A stretch of DNA of 63,368 nt, the filler included, from Octopus bimaculoides (lineage: Eukaryota), in the NCBI RefSeq assembly GCF_001194135.2. It is 5 parts of 5 records of this genome, joined end to end, with 100 filler letters (N's around TTAATTAATTAA, not from the genome) between each part and the next. Parts side by side here need not be neighbours in the genome. Positions count along the whole stretch, not along the records: positions 1 to 21,139 come from NC_068982.1; positions 21,240 to 36,395 come from NC_068984.1; 3 more parts are not named here. The stretch is one strand, 5' to 3'. This document shows, piece by piece, positions 12,561 to 25,248 of the stretch. The position numbers and the translations under genes were made by a program. Every line of letters starts with the position of its first letter. The first letter of the stretch is position 1. The notes under the pieces are model-generated. The model saw only the letters and a program-made list of their open reading frames with translations. It was not told the DNA's origin and searched no databases.

Positions 12561-14182
12561 ATTTCTTAAGTTTTCATGTTCTGTAGCAGAATATTCAATA
12601 AGATTAATCTTTTAGCATTATGTACTACAACTACAAAGAGTTTGCATTACATTATTTATTTATTAAAATTTCATCGTTTGTATTGCTCGGAACAGAATTG
12701 TTTGATATTAATTTTAAAGCATATCCACACATATGTATTATTAAACATCTATAGAACAGATGCATAAAGGTTTAACAGCCGCCTCTGAAAGGTTCAAATA
12801 TGTAATATTAATGATTAGAGAATACATATTTTATATTAATCTTCTCACCCAAACTTAATTGCTCTCGTACATGATCTAACATAGATTTAATTAATATTCT
12901 GTGATTAAACGATGTAACGCATTTTTATCACATTGATCTAGAGATGTTACTGTGATAGGGCAATATGTAATTTTAATTACTGAGTTCGAAATTTACTCCT
13001 TTTATAATAGTGATTAACAATGATACCGGATGATTGATCAATACCACGAAAATCTGTTGAAACAATGCATATATCAGTGATGGAACAACGAAGAAATATT
13101 TATTTATTGTTCGATGGCAAAAAGACAGAAGGCATACCGGATTGTATCTTTTGGAGCAAATCATCAATGAAGTATTGAACACACTACCACCTACATTTAA
13201 ATATCTCTTTTGCGTTGCCTAATTGCGAGCGTATTCAAATTCCAATTAGTAAATACTACAAACACAGACCGGACATTCATAGGATGGGAAATGCACCTGA
13301 AGTCCTCGTTTTGAATGAATTAATAGAAATGTATTTGTTATTGCCTGTAACTATTTGAAAATAGTTAAACATGCGTCAAAAAGAAAAAAACAACAAAAAT
13401 ATATATAATTGCAGTGACGTGATGATTAATTTCTCGTTTTGGAAATCTATCTTTAAAATTTTATTGATTTATACTTCGAAAGGAAATAAAAATATCAAAT
13501 GAGATTTTAATTATCAGACATTGTCAAAAATGAAGATTCAATTGATATTGAAACATTTCCTCCACACAGACGATAAATCAACATTCGTGTCTTTTCTTGC
13601 AGACTTTCAGAGTTTGTTATTTAATCCTCGACTAGTGAAGACTTACTGATGTACAAGATTAAAGCAAACTGAAATTAACGTCTTAAAATTCAAAAGTAAT
13701 GCAATTCCGTAAATAAAATTTCTTTTACTTTTTCAATGGTTTCAGTTTCTAGACAGCACGTATGTTTCATGATTATAACGCAGTTTTTAACTTTGACAAA
13801 TAAATAAATCACCAACTGTTTCATCTTAAACAGCAAGTAGACCTGAAATGGATATGAATTCAAAATCGCCCTATCGAATCCACTGCTATATTTATATAAT
13901 TTTTAATCAGCTTTATGCATCGTGCTTTAAAATATATATCTTAAAATGATTATCAGCCGAAAACCAATGATTATGAATTCCCGGCAACAAAAGAGAAACG
14001 TCTAATGTATTTCTGATATATATTTCATCTTTCAAAGAAGGATAAAAAGCAAATTCGATGCACAGAAACTTTGAATGCAGACAAAAAATGTACAGACCAA
14101 ATAAATTTTCCCAAACTACAGTGTTATACAATATTAACATATAGCTGTAATGCATACATATATACATACATGCATATACATA

Positions 14183-15038
14183 CAAGGTGTTTCAAAAATT
14201 TGATATCATTTGAGATGTAAATATCACAGAAACTACATAGTCAAAGCAAATGAAACTAAACAGGCTTAATGTTGAGCAACATAAAATTTATTCTTCCAAA
14301 TTTGAATGAGAAATTCAAAGGTATGCGGATTCCATTGACGATTTCACAAATGTTCAATATGCTCACCCCCTGAGACATGGCACATGTCTAGTCGGTAGTC
14401 CATCTCCTCCCAAACACGCTGCAGTATGTCTTTGGTAACAGTGATTCTCTGCTCGTATTTCTCTAGGTTTGCAGGAAGAGGAGGGACATACACCAGGCCC
14501 TTCACATGGCCCCACATTTGCGCTTTCGCTTGTCATCTGCCGTTATGGCCTGAACGAGCTGCAGTTTGTAGGGTTTCATTACCAAGCGTTTCTTCAGGGC
14601 GTGCTAAACTGTCGTTGAAGGAATCTGGGTTCCCAGACTTGTTCTTCTTATGAACTTCTTGGGGCTTCGCAAGAGATTTTGGCGAACTTGCTCGACCATC
14701 TCTTCCGATGTTAGTGGTCGTCCAGATCCTTTTGCCCTCCACAGACAGCCTTCCTCTTTGAATTTTTTGTGCCAAGTTTGCATTACTGTTGGTGACTTTT
14801 TAGAGAGCTTTCTCACAAATGCACGCTGCACAGTCTTGTGTTCGAGAATACCCCAACACACAAAACGCCTTTTCTCTTCTATTGAATGCTATTTCTATAC
14901 CAGAAAAGGTAAACATATCATACATGAAACATAAAATTTTGACCTGTTTCTACACATGCTGTTAAAATTTGAAGTCATTTGAACAAGAACTGGCAAAGGT
15001 ATTAGATTGCGAAACGATATCAAATTTTTTGAAACACC

Positions 15039-15041
<3 letters not shown>
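14183..15041 (-). mobile_element. Non-autonomous Tc1/mariner-superfamily element (internal deletion derivative) with TIRs and TA target-site duplication
   Basis: Left end ta|caaggtgtttcaaaaatttgatatc; right end gatatcaaattttttgaaacaccctg|ta. The N-terminal HTH (VQRAFVRK...WHKKFKEEGCL...GSGRP) is fused to the C-terminus (WGHVKGLVYVPPLP...QRVWEEMDYRLDMCHVSGGEHIEHL*). Confidence 0.9.
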
Positions 15042-15093
<52 letters not shown>

Positions 15094-15279
15094 TAAATTT
15101 ATATACATATATATATATACACACACCTACGCACAAATATTGTTACTGATTAAACATTTTCGAATGCAATTGTTGATTACCAAACTTCTTTCTCTTTCTG
15201 TCTGTTTATTTCTCTCTCTCTCTCACTCTTTTTCTCTCTCTCTCTTTCTTTCTGTCTGTTGTCTGTCTCTCTCTCACTT

Positions 15280-15312
<33 letters not shown>

Positions 15313-15321
15313 TACTTTCTT

Positions 15322-15392
<71 letters not shown>

Positions 15393-15559
15393 GATGTGCA
15401 CTCACACAGAAACAACCGCACACCTACTCATGATTTTTAGGGCTTTAGATATAGATTTCTATCTTGATAGTTTTGAAGCAAACAATTGCCGCTTGACAGA
15501 AGAATTCATACTTGACACAACTCATCCCCGAAGTACTTCGCTGTGTTCCATCTCGCTTG

Positions 15560-16410
15560 TCATTTAATTAACGTGCCTTGCTTCTAGGCAACCATTGTTT
15601 GATCCCATTTGTTCCCTGAGCAGACACCCTTACCATCAACATTGTATGAACGTATGCAAAATATCGAATTGCACATGTATCTTGGAGCCCAAATCTCTGA
15701 TAATGCCACGTGTAAGAAAGGAATAGGAGATAGTTAGCCATGGCAAGAATGTTCATGGAGTAGTAAAAGTGTCCCAATTGAAAACTAAGGACAGCGAGAG
15801 CGCTATTTAGTGCATTGGCACTTATTGTTGCGAAGCATGGACTCTGAACAAATTTTAAAAGGTATAATCAATGCGTTTGATAAGTATGTTTATAGGAGAA
15901 TGTTGCCAGTCTCTTATCAGGACCATCAGACAAATGAATAATTGTTACAATAGGTAAAAGGCGACAACTCCTGAACATTGTGAAAAAAAATAAAAGCTCA
16001 TTTATTATGGCAATATTTCAAGGAACAGAAATCTGGAAAACACTATCATGGAAGCAAGAATACATGGTAATAAGGCCGCGAGCTGGCAGAAATGTTAGCC
16101 CGCCGGGCGAAATGCTTAGCGATATTTTGTCTGTCTTTATGTTCTCAGTTCAAATTTCGCCGAGGTTGACTTTGCCTGTTATCCTTTCGGGGTCGATAAA
16201 CTAAGTACTGGGATCGATCTAATCGACTGGCTCCCTCCCCCAAAATTTCAGGCCTTGTGCCTAGAGTAGAAAACAATGGATGATAGCAGATGAAGAAACA
16301 GGCTGGTTGGTCAAGAGTCGCAAGACGACTGGAGAACTCGCGATTAATCAGGAACACTTTCGTTCTAGTGTCATCAATGCGCTGCAGGCGTACGATACAT
16401 GACGACGACG
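15560..16410 (+). mobile_element. Degenerate RTE-clade LINE 3' portion, interrupted by a SINE
   Basis: YLGAQISDNATC, ALFSALALIVAKHGL / CEAWTLNK, NAFDKYVYRRML, RQLLNIVKK and LENTIMEARIHG motifs in shifting frames; short (gac)n tail near 16400. Confidence 0.68.
16071..16275 (+). mobile_element. SINE family C, nested in the RTE fragment
   Basis: ggccgcgagctggcagaaatgttagc...gttcaaatttcgccgaggttgactttgcc...cgataaactaagtactggg...cttgtgcctagagtagaaaa. Confidence 0.85.
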
Positions 16411-16784
16411 ATAGTGTAATCTAGCGGCTATTTGACTGCTCTTTCTTTCAAGTCAACCAATCACGTACAGATGCCCTTACTGGTTGGAAATATAAATCAG
16501 AGGAATTTGAACTGTAGGGCACAGAGTAGCGTATATGATTGGGTAAAGGATCAGAATTCTTTGACAACATGCAAAGCAATATCTGCTCGACCACGTAACT
16601 GCAAAATTTCTTCCATGATAAGGGCACCACTTAATGAAACTAAGCGAAATGACTAAATCAAATTCATTATGTATGTTCATAATATTTTTATAAGACGGAT
16701 TTTAAAATAGCAATTCATTGATTGCAAACTTTTTATTCTAAATTTGTTAATAAAGATTATCTATTTATTCTTGTACATATTCGG

Positions 16785-17160
16785 GTGGCACCCCCTCGGT
16801 TACGACGACGAGGTTTCCAGTTGATCCGATCAACGGAACAGCCTGCTCGTGAAATTAACGCGGACGTGGCTGAGCACTCCACAGACACGTGTACCCTTAA
16901 CGTAGTTCTCGGGGAGATTCAGCGTGACACAGCGTGTGACAAGGCTGGCCCTTTGAAATAGAAGTACAACAGAAACAGGAAGAAAGAGTGAGAGAGAGTT
17001 GTGGTGAAAGAATACAACAGGGTTCGCCACTACCCCCTGCCGTGCCTCGTGGAGCTTAAGGTGTTTTCGATCAATAAACACTCACAACGCTCGATCTGGG
17101 AATCGAAACCACGATCCTATGACCGTGAGTCCGCTGCCCTAATCACTGGGCCATTGCGCC
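16785..17160 (-). mobile_element. tRNA-derived SINE family B
   Basis: Body cctcggttacgacgacgagg...gagattcagcgtgacacag...ggccctttgaaata is shared with copies at 32110, 46860 and 59940; tRNA-like head at about 17090-17160. Confidence 0.85.
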
Positions 17161-18160
17161 GCCATTCATATTTGGGTATATGTCCTTGAAACGCTAATTC
17201 TACTCAAAAATTTATGCTCTGCAAGTTCAGTATAAACTCTTAGGGTTACATTTGTTCGGTATGTCATCGCCTCATGGAGATAAGATCTATTATGCGTAGA
17301 GCTGCAAAATAGTGCCTAAAGCTGTAACTGATAGGGTAGGTGTTGGTTGGGTGCGTGTTCTGTGAGATTGAAATTTAGCATTGTTTCGATTGAATAATGT
17401 GTGAAATATATGTGTAACAGGCAGTCTCCAACTTGCAAATATAAACGCAGAACTTCTCTATAAATAGAACATATTTTTACAAGGAGGTAATATACAGACC
17501 CACTGATATAATAAATTATGACATTCATGATAGTCTACAAAAAGTATACTGCACCAAATAGAAGGATGGCACAAAAAAGTAAAGATCATGGCTACTGGAG
17601 AATGTTTAAATCCTATGCCAAAAATCATGGTTATTGAACAGTGGGGGCGCAGTTCAGAACTTTTGCAGACGAACAGTTCTTTAAAGAATTTTAACGCGCC
17701 GAAAGCATTCTGATGACAAAGATATTGATACTCCCTCCCCGTTACCGTTCGAAAACTGTACCACAACGAATGCAAATTCTCCATTTTCCCTGAACTGTTT
17801 CCAACAACAATAGAGCACACTGAATGTCACAAGATTCCCCACACCAAGCAAAGAGAACTAGGAAACAGTGTTAATCCTAAAATCCATCTTTATTTTTTTC
17901 ATCCACTTCGATAAAACTTAAATGATCAAATGATCACATCACGTATAAACTACCAAGTAGCTAATGTATGAATCAAATATTCTACCAGATGGAATGTAAT
18001 GGCAAAAGATAAACGACATAGCACGTGAATGATAAAAAAAATGCGTGTATTTTGTGCGTGTTTCTGGGTATGTGTATATGCATATCTACTTATCGCTATA
18101 TCTATCTATACATCTGTTTATCTATCTATCTATCTATGTTCTAACTATTTATCTGTACAC

Positions 18161-18220
<60 letters not shown>

Positions 18221-19589
18221 GACTTTTAAAAATACATGCACACATATACACACTTTCAGGCATAAATAGCGATGGATAGATAACAATCTGCTGTGTAATT
18301 TAGAATGCAGGGATGATTCTTTCAATGTAATATACACAATAAATTTGAATCGAAGAACCGTGAAACCATGTAGTCTAATGGTGAGCAAGATCATATCAAT
18401 GAAGATGGCTTTCGATTACTGTAAACCACGCCATAATACCAATCTTTATTTTTATCAAATGGAATCGTTTACACATTCACACATACGCACTCAAATAGTC
18501 ACATACAACCACACACTAACACTCAAACGTACACACATACTCTTTCTCACACTCTTTCACACACACTAACATGTACACACACATACACCTACTCACCTAC
18601 ACACACACCTACACACACGTATACACACACACAGAAATGCTTACTCACTTTCACACATATAAGTGTTCGGTTTATATGCTAATTCTGTAATTGCAAAGAT
18701 AAAAGTACATCCACCATTTTATTTTTTCCTATAGGTCAGCATACTTTTATTTGTCACTTAATCGACGTATGTGAGCGAGTTGTGCCAATACTTTTGTGTT
18801 AATTTGCATAGCACAATATCCGCAGGAATTAAAAACACTATCTAAATAAATCTATAATATATCAAATTGTTACATATTGACATATTATTCAACAGAAACT
18901 AATATAAGGTCAAAACCTTAGTTGTAAGAATATAAACTGATACATTTAGCATCGAATCAAAAAGGAGAAATATCATAAATATTTATATTGAACCCATTAT
19001 ATCTATAAAGCATGTCTTTTGTTTGCTTTAGATTTGTAGAGAAATCTATCGATATAGTATGACGTTCTATATCGCTTTTTTCATTTTATAAATATTATGA
19101 TTATACTTTATGAAACAGAATATCTATATATATATATATATGCTCTAAAATTTCATCTAGATAGGAAATTATATCTGTCGATTAGTAATCAAATATTCGC
19201 TTGTTTTTCAGTTATGCAGCTACTTTCTTGCCATTACTTTCAAAAGAGCATAAACAAACAAAATTATTCTCTCTCTGGGCTACGTGTTATTCAATATTTT
19301 GTCGATTATCTAACTCAATATTATCACTATATTATTTTATGAACCACACTCAGAAATAAGAAACAGGAAATTTGAAAAAAGATTCTTCATTTCAATCTTT
19401 AAAAGTGATTGTTTATTTAAGAACATATACATTCGAAAGCATCTTAACACACGGACACTCATTTGAAATACGTAGATGCATACTCAGTTACATAGATATA
19501 TAGATACATACATACATGCATGCATACATGCATACATGCATACATACAGATGGATTTCCTATTTCTATGTTTTCTTTTCTCTGGTTCAC

Positions 19590-20228
19590 ACCTTCTACTC
19601 ACCCGAAGTGACCTTTAATATAGGCAAGTATTTCTTAGCACTGATAGATAGACATTTTCCAGTCAATCATAATTATAGAAAGCTATTCAATAGACATAAC
19701 TTAAAAATCAGTTTCAGCTCAACTACTAATTTTAAAAGTATAATCGCACGCAACACACAAAAACCACAATATGAAACCAGCTGTTCATGCAGGGATAAAA
19801 TTTTGTGCCCGCTGAATGGAGCTTGCATGTCCGAGACCATCATTTATGAAGCCACCGAGGACTCTATATCCACTAAGGACATAGTTTCGATGAAGAAATA
19901 CGTGGGCCTTACAGAGGGTAATTTCAAGGCCAGTTTCAATAATCACACCTTGAGCCTCAGTCACTGAGATAAAAGGAAAACGACCAAATTATCCAGTCAT
20001 ATATGGTCCTTAAAAGATAAAGGTGTCAGTTACAACATCTATTGGAAGATCTTAGCCAAGTGTAAACCCTACATCAATGGCAGCAGAAAGTGTGGTCTTT
20101 GTGATATGGAAAGATGTCTCATCTGGAAAGGCAGCTTAAACCCTGCCACAGGTCTAAATTCAAGAACTGTACTTTTCGGATCATGTCTACATATGGCTAA
20201 ATATTTATTACGTTTTTGGTCCCCCTGA
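19590..20228 (+). mobile_element. 5'-truncated Penelope-like element (thumb, Cys-rich linker, GIY-YIG endonuclease); one in-frame TGA
   Basis: One frame reads FYSPEVTFNIGKYFLALIDRHFP...KLFNRHNLKISFS...CSCRDKILCPLNGAC...IIYEAT...KYVGLTEGNFK...SLSH*DKRKTTKLSSHIWSLKD...KCGLCDMERCLI...LNSR...CLHMAKY...SP*. The clade (Naiad-like) is tentative. Confidence 0.85.
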
Positions 20229-20996
20229 GATTACTGATAGGATTTGCCTTCTATATTGTATCTATGTACAAGCTTTTTATCCCTCTATACTTTATACTTA
20301 TATTTCTTATATATTTTTTATATTTTTTTACATATTTATAGACATTGTTTTATAGGTTTATCGCTCATATTTTTATACATATTTTTCTGTATTATACCTT
20401 CCGCCTTGCTTTTTTCCTGTGCGTATATAGACGTGTACATGGAACCTTTTGTGCGCGTTTGTGGATGTGTGCGTGTGTGCGAGTACGTGCGTATATAGAC
20501 GTGTGTGTGTGTGTGCGTGCATGTGAGAATTTGCGCATACAGACGTGTTTTACCCATATGGCTTCTTTCACATTTTTTTACACTTTTTTCTGTATTTTGC
20601 CCTTAGTCCTGTTTTTTGTTGTGCATGTGCGTATATAGACGTGTGTTATGAACGTGTTTGCGCGTGTGTGTATGTATGCGAGCGTGTTGGGCGCGTGTGT
20701 GTGTGTCTGTGAGTGTGTATGCGGGTATATATATTTTTTTTTCGCGAATGTGCGGGTGAGCATGTGAGGGTGGATATACATATAGGCGCATGTACGTGGG
20801 TGTGCGGGCGCGCATGTGTATGTATGGACTGGTGCACTTACGCGAATACTATGAACATTTTTACTCCCTTACCTTTACTCCCTCTCCTCACTTAGCGGTC
20901 AATCTAATAGCGCTTTTGTCTTAATAACGGTCAACCACACAGTAATTTCCCTTTGTTTAACGGTCATTTTCATAGCATTTTTCGATGGCCAGATAA

Positions 20997-21044
20997 CTGA
21001 AGAGTTGGCGGCGTGGTTTTCCACCCCGACATCCGAAACTTGTC
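20997..21044 (+). ncRNA. Hammerhead-like motif about 770 bp downstream of the PLE ORF
   Basis: CTGAAGA gttggcggcgtgg tttt ccaccccgacatcc GAAA cttGTC: long imperfect stem II; stem I cannot be identified. Confidence 0.45.
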
Positions 21045-21139
21045 ACATACTATTTACAGATAAATTCCTCTATTTACATAATATCGAGGTTTCTTTCTTT
21101 CTTTTGTTGTCTCCTTTTCTATCAATATATATATATATA

Positions 21140-21239
21140 NNNNNNNNNNNNNNNNNNNNNNNNNNNNNNNNNNNNNNNNNNNNTTAATTAATTAANNNNN
21201 NNNNNNNNNNNNNNNNNNNNNNNNNNNNNNNNNNNNNNN
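21140..21239. other. Artificial scaffold join (44 N + TTAATTAATTAA + 44 N)
   Basis: An identical 100-bp construct occurs at 21140, 36396, 46276 and 61028; the 12-mer has stops in all six frames. Confidence 0.95.
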
Positions 21240-21397
21240 TATATATATATGAGCAAAATTTAGGTTGGTTGAAATGTGTTTGTTACATATTTCAACTGCT
21301 AATGGCAAATACACTGCAGTTACTGTGGAGAAAAATCTCTCTTATAGTAAAAAGGTATAGAAAACACCCAGTTCCTTCAGTGTCGCCATCTCTCGGG

Positions 21398-21445
21398 AAT
21401 CTCGAACATCGATGTTTCGAGTTTTTTTACTCTTGTCAGTGAAAT
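21398..21445 (-). ncRNA. Minimal type I hammerhead motif (G8A variant)
   Basis: atttca CTGACAA GAGT aaaaaa ACTC GAA ACATCGATGT T cgagatt, with a 10-nt palindromic stem III. Confidence 0.6.
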
Positions 21446-21699
21446 ATACCTAAGAGAGGCAGCTCTGAACGAACTTAATAAAGCTATAACTTTATATATA
21501 ATTCAGTTAGTAGATCACGCTAGTATATCGCCCACAGGCGCAAAGCAGAGTTTAGGTATGAGCAGAATTTAGGTTAGTTGAAATATATTTGTTGCATATT
21601 TCAACTACTAAAGGCAAATACACTGCAGCTACGTGTTGACTGAATTATGTATATATCAAAAGCTTTATTAAGTTCGCTCAGAGTTACCTCTCTTAGGTA

Positions 21700-21748
21700 A
21701 ATCTCATTGACAAGCGTCAAAAAACTAGCAACATCAATGTCTGAGATT
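21700..21748 (+). ncRNA. More decayed inverted copy of the same hammerhead
   Basis: aatctca TTGACAA gcgtcaaaaaacta GCAA catcaatGTC tgagatt: perfect 7-bp stem I, decayed core. Confidence 0.5.
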
Positions 21749-22098
21749 ACCCAGAGATGACACTAAACGAACTTGGTGTTTGCGCATCTTTTTACCATAA
21801 GGGAGATTTTTCTCCACGGTAACTATAGTACATNNNNNNNNNNATGAGTACATTAATCAAAGAGTACAGTTTTTTTTATCCATTTCAGCCGAACTTACCA
21901 ATTGGTTTCACAGGTACCAACCATCTCCGAAGACCAAGCTGTCTTAATTCAACATGCGGTTTTAATACTCAGTACGAAACCAATTGATAGAATTAGCTGT
22001 AATGGATTTATAATACTGTACACTTTATATATATATACACCACCCACACACACAAACACACACACATAAACACACACACACACACACGCACACGCGCG

Positions 22099-22134
<36 letters not shown>

Positions 22135-22386
22135 TATGTATGTATGTATGCATGTATGTATGTATGTATGCATGTATGAATGTATGTATGTGTGTATGTA
22201 TGTATGTATGTATGTATGCATGTATGTATGGATATCCTTTAAGTTCGTATACGGGAAACGTTTTGAATTTGCGTATAACTGTATTGCAATCATTCCAGGG
22301 ATACGGACTATGATCTTAAGGGACACGTAATTTGTGGAAACCCGCGTAGTGATGCATTAAAATATAATTATTATTATTATCATTAT

Positions 22387-22785
22387 TCTTTTACTTGTTT
22401 CAGTCATTTGACTGCAGTCATGCTGAAGCACTGCCTTTAGTCGAGCAAGTCGACCCCAGGACTTATTTTTTTAAGCTTAGTACTTATTCTATCGGGCTCT
22501 TTTGCCGAACCACTAAGTTACGGGGGACGTAAACGTACTAGCATCGGTTGTCAAGCGATGTTGGGGTGGGGATAAAAAATGACAAACATATACACACACA
22601 TTCAAACATATACATATATATGACGGGCTTCTTTCAGTTTCCGTCTACCAAATCCACTCAGAAGGCTTTAGTAGACCCGAGGCTATAGTAGAAGACACTT
22701 GCCCAAGGTGCCACGCAGTGGGACTGAACCCGGAACCATGTGGCTGGTAAGCAAGCTACTTCCACACTGCCACTCCTGCGCCTAT
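22387..22785 (-). mobile_element. SINE family A, full-length
   Basis: Head aggcgcaggagtggcagtgtggaagtagcttg...ggttccgggttcagtccc; complete body and tail. Confidence 0.9.
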
Positions 22786-23859
22786 GTATGTATATATGTA
22801 TGTATATGTATATATATATACATATGTATATACATATATATACATATATATNNNNNNNNNNNNNNNNNNNNNNNNNNNNNNNNNNNNNNNNNNNNNNNNN
22901 NNNNNNNNNNNNNNNNNNNNNNNNNNNNNNNNNNNNNNNNNNNNNNNNNNNNNNNNNNNNNNNNNNNNNNNNNNNNNNNNNNNNNNNNNNNNNNNNNNNN
23001 NNNNNNNNNNNNNNNNNNNNNNNNNNNNNNNNNNNNNNNNNNNNNNNNNNNNNNNNNNNNNNNNNNNNNNNNNNNNNNNNNNNNNNNNNNNNNNNNNNNN
23101 NNNNNNNNNNNNNNCTGTAAAAATAGTGTATGTTTTCACAAGATAAGTTTACTCATAAAAAGATAGAGTGGCTTCATATTTTTCTAAAAACTTTATAGAA
23201 AAACGTTTTCGGAAAAAATTTAAGTTTTACTGAATAAATTCAAGCGTATATTGTAGCAAAAAGCGCTTTTTACAAAGAAAATCACATTTACATCAAAATT
23301 CAAGTTAATACATAAGTTATACGTTAAGGTCTATGAGATTTGGCAATTAATAAACATATCGTAAGCTTTAAATTCTAGTTTCAGTTGTAATATAGTCGTT
23401 TCACAATTGTGACAATTCCAAGAATGGAATAAATAGGATAAATATTCTGAATATAGTTTTAAATTCATCGGAAAAGAAAATGGGACTGTCATGTTTGGAA
23501 TGCACATTGGACAATGAAATTTTGAAGCAGTAATAATCAAAGAAAATCACAGCCCAACATTATATGTTGATTAACTCTGAAAGTGGAGATTCTGCACGAA
23601 ACTATCTTTAAATTCTCTTGAATATACTTCTGGTCTTGTTTTCTTTCTTAGTTTTTTTTTTTTTATTACCCACAAATATCCTAAGACAAAATAATTTACC
23701 AAAACCTCACATGAAAACACCCTATTTTACAAACCAAAACACTAACATCAATTTTATGCAAAATGGACGACTATTCTCCATGTTACTGCTCCACGCGGAA
23801 TGCACGAAAATTCCCAGCAGTTTACGTACATTTTTTGTTTGTTCGTTTTTTGTTCTTGC

Positions 23860-24330
23860 TTTTGTTTTAGTCTGGAAGCAGAGGCTGTTATATCCATGGC
23901 CTCTCTCACAGGCTCTCTGAGACTATGAAGACAGGAATGCTAGTATGAGCTGTTAGGATGTTAAGGCAATTTAATAGCGAAGCAATTAATTCACCTCTTG
24001 TGTTACATTTATTGCTTTTGAACCGGGATGTATAGTCTGTAGTGATGTCTCTCTAAAATGCCTGTTATGTAGCTAGACATGTTACTTAATGGGACGATAG
24101 GTTAGGTCATTATTTATATATTTAAGTCGAAGTTTTTTTGTTGCATTTCTAGTGCTGACGTCCTATTTTGTATCAGATGCATGATTTTATATATGTTATG
24201 TAGACGCTTCCATGGCTTGGTCTGCCTAGTTATTAATTTGAAATTGGAGAGTACCTAGATGGCATTGAATGTAACGGCAATACAGTCGTTGTTCTGCTTG
24301 GAAAATTGCAAACTGACAACTGCATGACGA
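23860..24330 (-). mobile_element. Degenerate LINE apurinic-endonuclease fragment
   Basis: SNKCNTRGELIASLLNCLNIL and MDITASAS motifs; homologous in inverted orientation to 25855-26210. Confidence 0.55.
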
Positions 24331-25214
24331 ACATTGTTTGAAAGGATTGTATTCAGCGGACAGTCTGTGACATCGGAGACACAGGAGCGATTACTGAGTT
24401 AGGTAGGCTTAAGTAGTTGCCACGTAATTGGTCAACTTGGTGATGCAGAAGTCAATGTCGTAGTGGTAGAAATGATAGAGTATGACACAGCTAGTTTGTT
24501 ATCCAGAGGCTGGAGTGTGTTGGGTGCGCGACTTCATGTCAGTCAGAAACCTATGATGTATGTGACGTATCTGCCTCACTGTCTAAGATACAGTATTCTA
24601 TTGAGGTTTTCTCTTAGGCCTTGTATTTGATTGGCAGATGTTAGAAACGGAAGTATTTCCTGGTTAGCCTTTGTGATACAGGTCTTTTGAGATTATAGGA
24701 TCGACAGGAGAGATCATCAATGATAACGACTTCCAACATATGTAGCGGCTATGAGGATTCTTCTTGAGTCGTTCGTACTTAGGGGAGGGGTGCGTAGTGC
24801 TCGTGTTATTGTATTGGACCTTATTGGAACACATTTTCAAGAACTTTGTTCAAGAAGTCAGTACTGAGGGTAAGGTTTCTCGATTATATAATGGTGACAT
24901 TTAGGTACGGAATGTCAGGGAAGAATGAAGAGTTGTTTCAACCGCTTAGGAGTGAGCGTAGTTGCATATGATGCAAGTAGATCGTTGATGTATTGAGGGA
25001 AGATGCAATTGATAGAATCTGAATCAGAGAAAGCCATATTGATAATCATGGAGGTGGAGGAAAAATTCGATATGTTCAAGTAGATGGCTATCAATTACTC
25101 ATTTTCTAAATATTATGTGAGATCGATAAATCGATAGCTGCCGCGGTAAGAGGATCTTTCTCCTCTTCGGAATGGGACACATTGTAGAGTATTTCCAAAT
25201 ACCTGGTTAATTTC

Positions 25215-25220
<6 letters not shown>
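24330..25220 (-). mobile_element. Highly degenerate CR1/L2-like LINE RT and 3' fragment
   Basis: Residual motifs HDYQYGF (catgattatcaatatggcttt), NTLQPLDNKLAVS and FYHYDIDFC; many stops. Confidence 0.45.

Positions 25221-25248
<28 letters not shown>

Larger units (their letters stand above)
21249..21833. repeat. Composite repeat: 75-bp direct repeat plus ~200-bp inverted repeat carrying paired hammerhead motifs
   Basis: A1 21249-21323 is similar to A2 21558-21632; B1 ~21313-21510 is the diverged reverse complement of B2 ~21633-21833. Confidence 0.85.

Noticed and set aside
23871-23942. Exon-like segment after a strong polypyrimidine acceptor
   Set aside because: It overlaps the antisense strand of the LINE endonuclease relic, and the donor is weak
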